From the IMG/VR virus record IMGVR_UViG_3300018933_000073: a stretch of DNA of 24,963 bases, one strand, 5' to 3'. This DNA is from a virus. Taxonomy: Duplodnaviria > Caudoviricetes. The notes under the pieces were generated by a model that saw only the letters and a list, made by a program, of their open reading frames with translations, did no database searches and had not been told where the DNA came from. A program made the position numbers and the translations under genes. Positions 15,322-24,498 of this stretch are shown in pieces (within the stretch, counting starts at the first letter, position 1; each line of letters starts with the position of its first letter).

Positions 15322-16035
15322 TCAGACCGTGTACCAGATGCCGCGCAGCGGGTCGAAAATGCGCGGGGTGGGCGGGGCTTGCGGCTGTGGCGCGGGCGCC
15401 GGGGTCAGACCGCCGGTCAGCTTGGACAGCTCGTCGCGGGCAGAGTCGTTGCCCGCCGGGCCACCGGGGGCGCCCTGGCCGCCGTCCAGGAAACGGTCCA
15501 GCAGGCCTCCGGTCTGGGCGCCGTTCTGGTGATTGCCCCGGCCGCCGTAGGCCGCAGAGGTCTGTGGGCCGACCTGCCCACCCAGGGCCGATGCCCCCAG
15601 CCCCAGTGCCCCGGTCGTGGCGGCCTGCCCCAGGTTCTCCCCGCGGGCCAGGGCGTGGGCGCCAGCCGCCAGGAAGCCGCCGGGCAGGCCGCCCAGGATC
15701 GCGCCAAGGAGCCCGAACCCCAGGTTGGCGGCGTTGGAACCGAAAAAACCACCCGGCGTGCCCGACCCCAAGAAGTCGCCCAGGTGGTCCCCAAATGTCG
15801 GCGCCTCACCACGCATCACCGCGCTCGCCGCGTTGACGTTGCCCCCGCTGCGGCCCAGTGCCGCCACGGCGTCCAGCCCACGTCCCCGCATCGGGCCACC
15901 GCCCATCTCCGGCGACGGCGCACGGCCATCGCCGTAGCCGTTGCCCAGGCTGCCCAGATCGAACCCGCCGATCCCCAGTTCCGCGGCGCCGCGCGCCCGG
16001 TCCCCTTCGTCACGTCCACCGTAGTTGTTCGTCAT
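15322..16035 (-). CDS. Glycine-rich hypothetical protein with hydrophobic segments (possible internal/ejected virion protein)
   Basis: 237 aa; LGFGLLGAILGGLPGGFLAAG glycine-zipper-like segment; GAGGGG RBS; directly follows adaptor. Confidence 0.65.
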   Translation of the reverse strand: MTNNYGGRDEGDRARGAAELGIGGFDLGSLGNGYGDGRAPSPEMGGGPMRGRGLDAVAALGRSGGNVNAASAVMRGEAPTFGDHLGDFLGSGTPGGFFGSNAANLGFGLLGAILGGLPGGFLAAGAHALARGENLGQAATTGALGLGASALGGQVGPQTSAAYGGRGNHQNGAQTGGLLDRFLDGGQGAPGGPAGNDSARDELSKLTGGLTPAPAPQPQAPPTPRIFDPLRGIWYTV

Positions 16036-16047
16036 GGTCGGTCCCCC

Positions 16048-16671
16048 TCAAGGTGCGATGCGGTCGGAGCGGACGAACAGGGTGGCGGCGTTCCACCGGC
16101 TCCCGTTGTCGTCCATCTTCACGGCGCCGATGGCGCGGTCGTAGAGCTGCCCCCACACGGGCAGACGCTGGTCGTCCATCAGGTACGGGGCCGCTTCCAT
16201 CAGCGCCGCGTACAGGTAGACGTCCGGGTTGCGGGTCAGCAGCCAGTTGGTCGGGCTTCCGGCCGACAGGGCCGGAATGCGCTGGTAGTGGGTGGCCTCC
16301 AGGGTGTGGACCCCGCCGGGAGCCGGCCCCAGCACCAGGTCGCCCCCCGTGATGGCGTAGTCCACGGGCGTGCCCACCTGGTCGCCCCACGCCTGTCCCA
16401 GCGCCGACAAGGTGGCGTGGTTCAGGACCCGCGGCGGCGCGGTCAGCAGGCGCAGCGTGCGCATTTCCAGGAAGTCCGCCGGCAACGCGACGGTGCGCGA
16501 TCCCGCCACCGTGGGGATGAGGGCCACGGTCTCCATCTGGCGCACCCGCAGGTCGCGGTTGATCCGGCTTTCCGCCAGGGTGATGAAGTCCGGGATGCCG
16601 GCCGCCAGATCCGTGCGGTTCAGCCAGGATGCGACCGACGCTTGCAGGTCGGCATAGTTGGCAAGGGCCAT
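16048..16671 (-). CDS. Head-tail adaptor (connector) protein, 207 aa
   Basis: MALANYADLQASVASWLNRTDL..IPDFITLAESRINRDLR...TNWLLTRNPDVYLYAALMEAAPYL; AAGGA RBS. Confidence 0.85.
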   Translation of the reverse strand: MALANYADLQASVASWLNRTDLAAGIPDFITLAESRINRDLRVRQMETVALIPTVAGSRTVALPADFLEMRTLRLLTAPPRVLNHATLSALGQAWGDQVGTPVDYAITGGDLVLGPAPGGVHTLEATHYQRIPALSAGSPTNWLLTRNPDVYLYAALMEAAPYLMDDQRLPVWGQLYDRAIGAVKMDDNGSRWNAATLFVRSDRIAP

Positions 16672-16681
16672 GGCGGCGTCC

Positions 16682-17032
16682 TTAGTGTGCGGCCCGTCGC
16701 TTGGGCGCGATGATGTCGCCGGGCGCGGTCAGCAGATAGCGCCAGTCGGGATCGTGCAGGCGCTTCCACACCGCGTCCGCGTGGTCGGGATCGAAGACGT
16801 TCAACCCGTCCTCCAGCAGCCATTTCATGGCGATGATGTCGGGGATGTGGGCTTGGCGCTTGAGCTGGCGGTCCTGGCTGAAGCCGTCGTTTTCGTTCGC
16901 CATCGCCTTGTTGAGGTCGAGGGCGGCGGCCACGTCCTGGCGCTGCTCGATCAGGAACGTCCCGTCGGGAAGGCGGGTCGTCCAGACCTCCATCCCGCCA
17001 TCCCGGCGCCGCAGCAATCGCGGCGTGCTCAT
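16682..17032 (-). CDS. Conserved phage hypothetical protein (116 aa)
   Basis: QDVAAALDLNK...AHIPDIIAMKWLLEDG...LHDPDWRYL; ATGA overlap; post-capsid position. Confidence 0.75.
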   Translation of the reverse strand: MSTPRLLRRRDGGMEVWTTRLPDGTFLIEQRQDVAAALDLNKAMANENDGFSQDRQLKRQAHIPDIIAMKWLLEDGLNVFDPDHADAVWKRLHDPDWRYLLTAPGDIIAPKRRAAH

Positions 17033-17283
17033 CCCAGGACCACCACGAACTCGCGGTCTTCGAGGGTTTGGGCGTCCTCCGGCGCGACCTCGGCCACCTC
17101 CTTGAAGTCCAGGGCCTTGCCGTTGACCCAGGGGCGGAGTTTCGAGATGCACTGCACCCGCACCCGCGGGGCGGATGCGGCGTCGGCCGGTGGAGCGGCC
17201 GTCCGGGGGGCGTTGGGGGCGGTGTTGGCGGCGGTGTTGGTGGCGGTGTTGGTGGCGGCGGCCGTCCTGGCGGTTCGGGTCAT
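17029..17283 (-). CDS. Small hypothetical protein (84 aa), low-complexity N-terminus
   Basis: GAAGGGA RBS; three 12-bp tandem units at ~17219-17254 encoding TNTA/ANTA; folded-looking C-terminal half. Confidence 0.7.
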   Translation of the reverse strand: MTRTARTAAATNTATNTAANTAPNAPRTAAPPADAASAPRVRVQCISKLRPWVNGKALDFKEVAEVAPEDAQTLEDREFVVVLG

Positions 17284-17295
17284 GGCGTGTCCCTT

Positions 17296-17331
17296 CAAAT
17301 GCGAAGGGGCGCCCCGCGGGACGCCCCTCGC
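17296..17331 (-). terminator. GC-rich hairpin after the capsid gene (leaky terminator or mRNA stabiliser)
   Basis: GCGAGGGGCGTCCC-GC-GGGGCGCCCCTTCGC followed by only ATTT. Confidence 0.6.
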
Positions 17332-17355
17332 CGTTTCGTTTCGCTGCGCGGTGGA

Positions 17356-18309
17356 TCAGGTCAGGTCGGCGATGACGCCGTGCGCCTTCTCGTTCTCGAC
17401 TTCGAGGGTGCATTCCTCGATGACGTGGAACGGGGTGGCGTCGCCGACCTTCGCCAGGTTCTCGGTGAACATCGGGCGCAGCACCGACTTCTTCACCCGC
17501 TTCGGGTCCACGACCAGGGCGGTGCGGTTCCGCTGGAAGATGCTGGGCACCACCGACAGCTTGCCGAAGTTCGACAGGTAGACGTCGGCGCCGCCGACGA
17601 TGGTCACCTGCGTGTCCTTGGGATTGTCCACCCGGTTCAGCGCGATGCCGGTGAAGGACGAGAACGCCGTCTTCTGCGCCGGCCCCAGGAACAGCATGGT
17701 GGGCTTGCCGCCGTTGCCGAACACCTGCTGCATCACGGTGTCGAGCTGGGCCTGCGTGAACGCCCGCTGGGTGCCGTCGGTGGGGGCCGACACGGTGCCG
17801 CCGGCAAAGCCGCCGTTGGCGCCGCCGGTGCCGCGCGACACGTTGGAGGTCAGCCAGGATTCGAACCCACCCAGCGTCGCCGCCGTGCCGGTGCCGCCGG
17901 CCGACGAGGCCCCGTTCTGGAGCAGGGCCGCCTCCACGTCGCGGCGCAGTTCCAGTCCCTTCAGGATCTTCTGCTCGTCCAGCTCGTCCTCGATGCCGGC
18001 CACGTCCACGACCTGCGCGGTGCCCGACACGGTGCCGACCTTCTTGAAGATCTGCGTGCGGTTGCCCACGCGAACGCGCGGGGTCGGCGCGCCGGCCGCG
18101 GTCACGTCGCCTTCCAGATGGGCGTTGTTGGGATTGGCGTTCGCCAGCGCCTGGGTCTGCCACTCGTGATAGCGCTGGGTGGCCTTGCCCTTGCCGATGT
18201 TCGACTGGAACTGGACCTCGGTGATGTCGATGCGCGAGACCACGTTCGAGAGGTCTTCGCGCAGGCCCACCTGGGTGTAGGTCGTCTGGGTGTTGGTTGC
18301 GGTTGCCAT
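17356..18309 (-). CDS. Major capsid protein (DUF5309/SU10-like), 317 aa
   Basis: GLREDLSNVVSRI, HEWQTQAL, RVGNRTQIFKK, ELRRDVEAALL, DVYLSNFGKL, ECTLEVENEKAHGVIADL. Confidence 0.92.
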   Translation of the reverse strand: MATATNTQTTYTQVGLREDLSNVVSRIDITEVQFQSNIGKGKATQRYHEWQTQALANANPNNAHLEGDVTAAGAPTPRVRVGNRTQIFKKVGTVSGTAQVVDVAGIEDELDEQKILKGLELRRDVEAALLQNGASSAGGTGTAATLGGFESWLTSNVSRGTGGANGGFAGGTVSAPTDGTQRAFTQAQLDTVMQQVFGNGGKPTMLFLGPAQKTAFSSFTGIALNRVDNPKDTQVTIVGGADVYLSNFGKLSVVPSIFQRNRTALVVDPKRVKKSVLRPMFTENLAKVGDATPFHVIEECTLEVENEKAHGVIADLT

Positions 18310-18310
18310 G

Positions 18311-19309
18311 TCAACGGCTCCTGTTGGCTCGAAGGAGGGCGACGGCGTCCTTCAGGTCGCCGGTGCGCTCCACGCGTTGGATCAATGCGTCTCGGGTGGC
18401 CGCGCCGGCCTCGCCCCGCGTCGGCGGGGTGCCGGGCTTCTGGACGGTGGGGACGGGCTTCCGCGCCGCGGTCTTGGCCGCCTCCTGGGCCTTGTCGAAC
18501 AGCATGGCCTTGCGGATCAGGACCACCTCACGGTGGTCGGACAGGCCCTTGAGCTCCTGGTCCGTGTACCCCTGGCCACGCATGTAGGCGACGATTTCAC
18601 CCATTCCCGCCCCGATCTTCGCCGGATCCTTCCACTCGGGGATGGCGGCGAGCAGCCGGGCGTTCTCTTCGACCTGGCGTGCCCGGACCTGTTCCAGTGC
18701 CAGCGCCTGCTGCTGGGCGGCGATCTGCTGCTGCTCGGCGAGGACCTGGTTCAGCTTGGCGACCTTGGCATCCCACTGCGCCCGCACCTGGATGTACGCC
18801 GTGGGGTTCTCCTGGGCGAGTTTCGGCCAGTCCGGCTCCTCCGCCAGCTCGTGCTCAAGGGCCCGACCGACGTAGGCAAGGGTTTGCGCGTACCTTTGAC
18901 GCTCGGCTTCGATTTCCGCGGCCTGGGCCTGCGCGGCCCTGCGGATTTCCGCGGCTTCCATCGCCCGCTGCTGGAAGGCCCTGTCGCGTTCGCTCTCCCG
19001 CCGGGCCACGATGGCCTGGACATCGGGTGGGAGCCGCTTGAAGGCTTCCTGGTCCGCAGCGGACCACGACTTGGGGGGCTCGATGGCCGGAGCGGGCTCC
19101 GGTTCGGGCGTCCCCTCGTCGGTCGGCGCACCTTCGCCCGAAGGCTCGGGGGCCTCTGCGCCCTGTGCGGGCGCATCCTGTTCCGGGGCGGCTGCCGGCG
19201 CGGGCGCCTGCTCCGGTGTCTGTTCGGCACGGGCCGCGGCAAGCAGGCCCTTCGCGTCGTCAAGCGTGATCGGGCCGGCGTCGCCGCCAGCCTGCGTGGT
19301 CTCGTCCAT
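18311..19309 (-). CDS. Capsid scaffolding protein (332 aa)
   Basis: Acidic P/A/E-rich N-terminus, PDWPKLAQENPTAY, Q/A coiled coil, IPEWKD, DHREVVLIRKAMLFD, C-terminal TGDLKDAVALL; directly before capsid gene. Confidence 0.85.
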   Translation of the reverse strand: MDETTQAGGDAGPITLDDAKGLLAAARAEQTPEQAPAPAAAPEQDAPAQGAEAPEPSGEGAPTDEGTPEPEPAPAIEPPKSWSAADQEAFKRLPPDVQAIVARRESERDRAFQQRAMEAAEIRRAAQAQAAEIEAERQRYAQTLAYVGRALEHELAEEPDWPKLAQENPTAYIQVRAQWDAKVAKLNQVLAEQQQIAAQQQALALEQVRARQVEENARLLAAIPEWKDPAKIGAGMGEIVAYMRGQGYTDQELKGLSDHREVVLIRKAMLFDKAQEAAKTAARKPVPTVQKPGTPPTRGEAGAATRDALIQRVERTGDLKDAVALLRANRSR

Positions 19310-19330
19310 GTCGTGCTCCGTGGGTGGGGG

Positions 19331-19621
19331 CTAAACGATGCCCAGCAGCTTGCGGCGCTCGCCCATGCGGGCGATTTCCGCGATCTGCGCCTCCGCGAAC
19401 TTTCCGTTGCGGATGGTGGTCTCCAGGTGGTCGCGGACCTTGCGGACGACGTGCACCGCCTGCCACAGCCGGGCGCGGCCGGCGTCGTCCAGGGCGCCCG
19501 TCGCGACCATGGCCCGGGTGTATTCGCGCTCCAGCGTGTCGAGCGTGGCCGACACCTGTTCGAATTCGGCCAGCGCCCGGCGGCCCCGGGCGGCGTCCTC
19601 GTGCGCCTTGTGCGCGTCCAT
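19331..19621 (-). CDS. Conserved small protein between portal and scaffold (96 aa)
   Basis: Helical, RARLWQAVHVVRKVRDHLETTIRNGK; TGATG coupling to portal. Confidence 0.8.
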   Translation of the reverse strand: MDAHKAHEDAARGRRALAEFEQVSATLDTLEREYTRAMVATGALDDAGRARLWQAVHVVRKVRDHLETTIRNGKFAEAQIAEIARMGERRKLLGIV

Positions 19622-21639
19622 CAGCCCACCTCCCCGCCCATGCGGACCGGGGGTGTGGATGCCTTGGCCTGGGCCTCCGACAGGGCAGCCTCGCGGGCCA
19701 GGGCCATTTCCGCGGCCATCTTCTCGCGGGCGAGCTGCATTTCGGCCTCCGCCTTCAGGCGCGCCAAATCGACATCCGCCTGCAACCGCATCCGCTGCAA
19801 CTCGGCCTCGGCCTGCGCCTTGGCCTGTTCAAGCTGGAGCTTGGCCTGTGCTTCCATCACCCGAGGGTCGGGTGGCGGCGGTCCCGGCGGGGGCGCGTCG
19901 GCGGGATTGTTGAAGTACGGCTCCACCGTGCGCAGCCCGATGGTCTCGATCAGCTTCTTGAGCGTGTTGTAGATCCGGCTCGGGTCCACCATGCCCATGC
20001 CGCCGGCCGCCAGCGCCTCCTTCTGAAGCCCCAGCACCTGCATCAGGTGCATGGCCTGGGTTTCCTTGGACCCGTACCCGATGCCCACGGTGACGCTCAT
20101 GTCGGCGCGGGTCCGCCAATGGCGGGGATCCACCGGCACCCACCGGTTCCGCAGCCGCACCGTGCGGGCCACGTCGCCGTGCCGGCGGATGGTGCCGTGC
20201 AGCAGCAGGAACAGGTCCTTGATGCCGGTTTCGGCGAAGATGCGGGCAATCAGACGGATGCGGGCCTGGGCGGCGGTGAATGCCTGGTTGACCGCCGTGG
20301 CGGACTGGTTCTGGAGGGCGCTAGCGTCCAACCCCTGGCCTTGCCGCGTCACGCCCGTGCGCTGCTCGCGGGCGAAGTCGAAATACTCCGTCACCGGCAG
20401 GATCTTGTCCGCCACCGACGGGGTGACGATGGGGATCAGGCCGCCGGGTGCCTTGGTCCGCACGATGCCGCCGGGACGCGACGACAACAGGTCGTCCAGG
20501 GTCCGTTCGCCGGCATGGCTTTCCGCCACCTCGGTCCGGGCGTTGTTCACCAGCGCCGCATTGTCCAGCAGTTGCCGGACCAGGAACGTTTTGATGCGCT
20601 GGATCTCCAGGACCAGATCGGCCACCGACCGCCCGTGGAACCGGTGGGTGACCGGGACCGGGGTGATGGCGGCGAACGGCATGCCGGGGACCGGCTCGAT
20701 GTCCTCCACCCCGCCCCGCCTCAGGATCGTGTCGCCCGGGCCGGCGGTGGTCACCTTCCACAGGCGCGCGTACCCCTCGCCCCGGATGTCGGCGCGAATG
20801 TAGTGCTCGACCACCTCCACATCCCGCATCAGCGCGTTCCGGGCGTGGGATCCGACGCCGTTGCCGTCGTCCGCGGTCGCCCGGGCCAGCCCCTCGGCCG
20901 TGCCGGTCCCGCCCGACGCCGGCAGTTCCATCACCTGGTCGCGGTCGTAGCCGGCCTCGATCAAATCGGACACCGACCGCGTGGTGCGGTGGAAGGCGTA
21001 GGCCGCGTCCTTGATCCGCCGCGCCCGGCGGGAAATCCCGAACTCCTCGGGCGGGACGCAGGCCACCTTGGCGCGGCCATAGGGCGAGGACCGGCGCACG
21101 GTGAAATCCACCAACCCGTCCGCCCGCTCGGTCCGGGCCGCCAGCTCCCACCCTTCGGCCACCATGGCCCCCAGCACCTCGGGCGGCTGGCCTTCGAAGG
21201 TCTCCTCCTCGCGGGTCTCGCCGGCTTCCCACCAGACCTTCCAGATGCCGACCTTGCTCAGCAGCGCATCCTTGATGCCGGTGTACAGCAGGTCCCAGCC
21301 GTCGTTGTCGCGCAGGAAGACGTGATTGACGTAGTCGGTTTCCTGCTCGGCCGCGGCTTCGTCCTCGGGCCCCACGGGCTCGAAGCGCACCACCTCGTCG
21401 CCCGAGGCGAACACCTCCATCAGCGACGGCATCAGACCTTCCACCGTGTCCGAGACATCCGTGCTGACGGCCTTGGACCGGTCGGGGGCGGACGGAAGGT
21501 CGTCCATCTCGCCCAGGTAGTAGTCCAGGGCCTGCGCGCGCTGCCGCGACAGTTCCGACGCGGTGTCGGCGCCGAGCGCGGCGGCCTTCTCCGTGGCGAG
21601 CACGCCGCGAAGCTGCTCCAGGGTCATGGGCTCGTGCAT
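19621..21639 (-). CDS. Portal protein (P22-like with C-terminal helical barrel), 672 aa
   Basis: ALDYYLGE, VSTDVSDTVEGLMPSLMEVF, FEPVGPEDEAAAEQETDYVN, KDALLSKVGIWKVWW, Q/A/E coiled-coil tail; start at 21639 (TGATG overlap with terL), not 23118. Confidence 0.93.
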   Translation of the reverse strand: MHEPMTLEQLRGVLATEKAAALGADTASELSRQRAQALDYYLGEMDDLPSAPDRSKAVSTDVSDTVEGLMPSLMEVFASGDEVVRFEPVGPEDEAAAEQETDYVNHVFLRDNDGWDLLYTGIKDALLSKVGIWKVWWEAGETREEETFEGQPPEVLGAMVAEGWELAARTERADGLVDFTVRRSSPYGRAKVACVPPEEFGISRRARRIKDAAYAFHRTTRSVSDLIEAGYDRDQVMELPASGGTGTAEGLARATADDGNGVGSHARNALMRDVEVVEHYIRADIRGEGYARLWKVTTAGPGDTILRRGGVEDIEPVPGMPFAAITPVPVTHRFHGRSVADLVLEIQRIKTFLVRQLLDNAALVNNARTEVAESHAGERTLDDLLSSRPGGIVRTKAPGGLIPIVTPSVADKILPVTEYFDFAREQRTGVTRQGQGLDASALQNQSATAVNQAFTAAQARIRLIARIFAETGIKDLFLLLHGTIRRHGDVARTVRLRNRWVPVDPRHWRTRADMSVTVGIGYGSKETQAMHLMQVLGLQKEALAAGGMGMVDPSRIYNTLKKLIETIGLRTVEPYFNNPADAPPPGPPPPDPRVMEAQAKLQLEQAKAQAEAELQRMRLQADVDLARLKAEAEMQLAREKMAAEMALAREAALSEAQAKASTPPVRMGGEVG

Positions 21640-23183
21640 CAGGCAATCCCCAGGGGTGAATAGGTCAAGGCGCGGTTGAAGCCGGCGGCGGTGCCGTCCC
21701 GCACCGGCTCGGCGAAGGTCAGGGCGATGGCGTCCCATTCGTCGGGGGAGCGCACGCCGCGCCGGCGCATGTCTTCCTTGCTTTCCAGCAGAAGGCGCTG
21801 GTTCAGGTCGTAGCGGTAGCCGGGCGCGCAGGCGTCGGCCTGAAGGCTGTCCAAATCGGGGATGTCGGCCCCGGCCACATCGGCCAGCCAGTCCTTGGAC
21901 CGCTTCCACATTTCCGCCCGGCGGTTGCGCGGGCCGGGGCGCTTCGTCCCGTCCGGCAGGATTTCGTCCGGCTCCTGCGGCTCCCCGCCGAAGTTGATCG
22001 GCACCACCAGCCGGGCGTAGTCGCCGCCCCAACTCCGCAGGATGTCGACCACCCCGGCCCCGGTGCCCCCGACGTCGACGAACACCCGTGCCGGCTTGTC
22101 CTGGTCGATGACGGACCTCAGCCAGTTGGCGCCGGCCACCGTGTCCAGCTTCAGCCGGCTTTCCACCCGCAGCACCTTGCGGCCCCGGCGCCAAGCCAGG
22201 CTGAACCGGTCGTCGCCGAAGCGGGCCGGGTCGGCGCCGACCACCAGCGGGCCGACCGCCTCGCAGGTCGCCTTGCGGGCGGCCAGCACCAGCGGCGCCG
22301 GGATGAAGCTGTCGTGCCCGGTCATCTGGAACGCCTCGGCCGCGGTGGCGGGATATTCCTGTTTGAAGAGCAGCGGGTCGCCCAACTCGGCGATCTTCGC
22401 CCGCCGCCACGCCATCTGGCCCGGGTCCAGGCCATGGGCCTCGGCATAGTCCCGCTCTTCGGTGTCCATCTCGAACCCGTCCGGCACGGGTCGGCGGTAT
22501 TCCGGCTGCCAGTGCCAGGGAATGAAGACGGCGATGTAGTCCGACTGCCCGGCCTCGGCCTGCTGCCACATCTGGTGGTACAGGTTGCCCACGCCGTTGG
22601 CCGTGCTTTCCAGCACCACTTCCGTGCCCGGCATGTCGGGCACCCCTTGGATCGCTCCGGCGAAGTGGATTTGCGCGTTGGGCCAGAAGGCGACTTCCGA
22701 GCCGTGGAACAACTGGATGGTCTGCGACCGGCCGACCGATTTGCTGCCGGCGGTCCCGACCTTGTACCCGCTGTCCAGGCGGCCGAAGCTCAGTTCCCGT
22801 GCGTTGGCCGCGTCGGTGGACGGGCGGACCAGGGCCGGGCAGTTCTCGTGGTACCGCTCGACCATCCCGAACAGGTTGTCGGTCGCTTCCTGCTCGTGGG
22901 TCAGGATGAAGACCCGGATGCCCCGCCCGTGGGTCGCCCGCCAATAGAAGCGGGCGGCGATGTAGGTGCTGATCCCCTGCTGCCGCCCTTTGAGGACCAG
23001 GGCCCGGACCTTGCCGGTCCGGGCCCGCTGCTCCTCCAGCCGCCGGTGCAGGTGCTCCTGGGCCCGGTTCAGCACCAGGGGCAGGACGGCACCCGACTTG
23101 GTGCGGATCCGCATGCACTTGGCGGCGTAGTGGGGGAAATCCTCCCGCAGGCGTTTGCGGATCGCCGCTTCGCGAAGGTCCAT
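21639..23183 (-). CDS. terL: Terminase large subunit
   Basis: LKGRQQGIST (Walker A), LFHGSEVAFW (Walker B), ESTANG, nuclease motifs GADPARFGDD and SPDEWDAIALTF. Confidence 0.95.
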   Translation of the reverse strand: MDLREAAIRKRLREDFPHYAAKCMRIRTKSGAVLPLVLNRAQEHLHRRLEEQRARTGKVRALVLKGRQQGISTYIAARFYWRATHGRGIRVFILTHEQEATDNLFGMVERYHENCPALVRPSTDAANARELSFGRLDSGYKVGTAGSKSVGRSQTIQLFHGSEVAFWPNAQIHFAGAIQGVPDMPGTEVVLESTANGVGNLYHQMWQQAEAGQSDYIAVFIPWHWQPEYRRPVPDGFEMDTEERDYAEAHGLDPGQMAWRRAKIAELGDPLLFKQEYPATAAEAFQMTGHDSFIPAPLVLAARKATCEAVGPLVVGADPARFGDDRFSLAWRRGRKVLRVESRLKLDTVAGANWLRSVIDQDKPARVFVDVGGTGAGVVDILRSWGGDYARLVVPINFGGEPQEPDEILPDGTKRPGPRNRRAEMWKRSKDWLADVAGADIPDLDSLQADACAPGYRYDLNQRLLLESKEDMRRRGVRSPDEWDAIALTFAEPVRDGTAAGFNRALTYSPLGIA

Positions 23184-23205
23184 GGCCCGTTGCTCCCCTC
23201 CACCG

Positions 23206-23493
23206 TCATTCCAGTTCCGAAAGGGCGTCCTCGTGGCTGATGGTGGCCTGCAGGCTGGCCTCGATGCTGCTCAGGCGCGGGTGCACGAAGGGGGCGGCGG
23301 CCTTGGCGGCCTGGAAGCGGACGGACCGGTCGGCGGTCTCGTCGCGCATCACCGCCAGCAGGTAATCCAGCGGTGTCTGGTCCTGTCCGGCTTCGGCGGC
23401 CGGGGACGTTGCCGGATGTGTTGTCGCATCGGCGGGCTGGGGAACCGGCCGGGGCGCACGCGCCCGGCCCCCCCGCGTACCTGCACGCGGCAT
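23206..23493 (-). CDS. Probable terminase small subunit (95 aa)
   Basis: TPLDYLLAVMRD...RFQAAKAAAPFVHPRLSSI motif; immediately upstream of terL; GGAGA RBS. Confidence 0.7.
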   Translation of the reverse strand: MPRAGTRGGRARAPRPVPQPADATTHPATSPAAEAGQDQTPLDYLLAVMRDETADRSVRFQAAKAAAPFVHPRLSSIEASLQATISHEDALSELE

Positions 23494-23560
23494 GGCTGGA
23501 TCTCCATTGGATTCGAATCGGGGAACGTGTCGGATGGAGCGCACCGGATGCCGGATCGGC

Positions 23561-23598
23561 AAAAACAACAGCCCCGCGCGGGGTGCGGCGGGGCTGTT
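23561..23598 (-). terminator. Intrinsic terminator in the late leader (tR'-like)
   Basis: 11-bp stem AACAGCCCCGC / GCGGGGCTGTT followed by GTTTTT. Confidence 0.8.
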
Positions 23599-23629
23599 TC
23601 GTCGGGGCGCAACTTCTTGAAGCTAACCA

Positions 23630-23658
23630 AATCTGGACAAAAAAGAGTCCGGTGTCAA
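23630..23658 (-). promoter_or_regulatory. Putative late promoter (pR'-like)
   Basis: TTGACA-N17-CAGATT with AT-rich upstream sequence (CCAAAAATTG) in a locally AT-rich island. Confidence 0.65.
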
Positions 23659-23718
23659 CAATTTTTGGATGCGAACTTACCGGGAAAACATCTTTTTACG
23701 CGCAACCCTGCTGTCCCC

Positions 23719-24222
23719 TCAGTTGATGCGCCAGAGTTTGGCCAACTCCGTCAGCCCATCGCGCAATTGCATCAACCGCCGTGTTCCGCCCACCCACTCG
23801 TCCAGCAGGCAGACCGCGACGACCGCCGGCAGGTTGCCCGGAGTGAGGGCCCGCTGCGCCGCGGTCAACTCGTCCCGTGCCAGGACACGGCCCAGCGGCA
23901 GCGGATCGCCGCCGGGGGGTAGGCGCTCGCCGTACGGCATCGTCACCCGAGGCATCGCCCCTGCCCGCTGGGCCAGCGCCCGGAGGCGGCATCCGGCCTG
24001 GTACTGCGGATCGGTGATCTGCGCGCGGATGTGGTAGGCGTCGAGCACGCATTCGGCGACGGCACGCGCGCCCCTGACAGTGGCCGAGCCACCGTCGGCG
24101 ATCCGGCGCAGTTCCATGACGACGCCGCCCATATGGTTGCGACGTTCGGGCGTGCCGATATCCGCTTCGGCCAAGGTCACGGCCTTGCGCTTGTGCCGGC
24201 GGACGGCTGCGGGCCTACTCAT
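23719..24222 (-). CDS. DUF6456-like protein in the Q position; putative late regulator or antiterminator (167 aa)
   Basis: LDAYHIRAQITDPQYQAGCRLR...VVAVCLLDE...LRDGLTELAKLW; lies immediately before late promoter and terminator. Confidence 0.65.
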   Translation of the reverse strand: MSRPAAVRRHKRKAVTLAEADIGTPERRNHMGGVVMELRRIADGGSATVRGARAVAECVLDAYHIRAQITDPQYQAGCRLRALAQRAGAMPRVTMPYGERLPPGGDPLPLGRVLARDELTAAQRALTPGNLPAVVAVCLLDEWVGGTRRLMQLRDGLTELAKLWRIN

Positions 24223-24448
24223 GTCCGCCCCCCTTCGCCGATGTCCCCGAGCCGGCGCCATAGACGCGCTCGGCCTCGGCCATGATCAGTTCGCGGGATT
24301 GCCAGGGCATCCCTTCCAGTGCCGATGGCGAAAAGTACACGCCACGCCCCATGCGGTAGGCGACAGCGGCCTTGGCCGCCAACTCGTCCTCGGAGGCGGG
24401 GGATCTCCCCACCATCCGTCCGACCTGGCTTTGGATCGGTCGATGCAT
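24215..24448 (-). CDS. Small hypothetical phage protein (77 aa)
   Basis: GAAAGGA RBS 8 nt before ATG 24448 (alternative 24457); stop overlaps next start. Confidence 0.6.
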   Translation of the reverse strand: MHRPIQSQVGRMVGRSPASEDELAAKAAVAYRMGRGVYFSPSALEGMPWQSRELIMAEAERVYGAGSGTSAKGGGHE

Positions 24449-24498
24449 CGAGTCCATCCTTTCTGTTTCGGGTGTTGGCGGGTTGCGGCGGCTTCCGC

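Noticed and set aside
17219-17254. 12-bp tandem repeat x3
   Set aside because: In-frame low-complexity linker (TNTA/ANTA); no sign of regulatory function
17033-18163. 493-aa ORF suggesting a capsid frameshift or extension
   Set aside because: Only the last 116 aa (from 17032) look real; the rest is an off-frame overlap of the capsid gene and no slippery site was identified
21640-23118. 1165-aa ORF suggesting a giant portal or terminase-portal fusion
   Set aside because: The upstream ~490 codons are an alternate frame overlapping terL with low-complexity R/G/P sequence; the portal start at 21639 is coupled to the terL stop
4076-23240. Many long plus-strand ORFs (e.g. 5426..7201, 7517..9112, 18290..19972, 19324..21663)
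   Set aside because: Antisense shadows of high-GC genes with no motifs; fully overlap well-supported minus-strand genes
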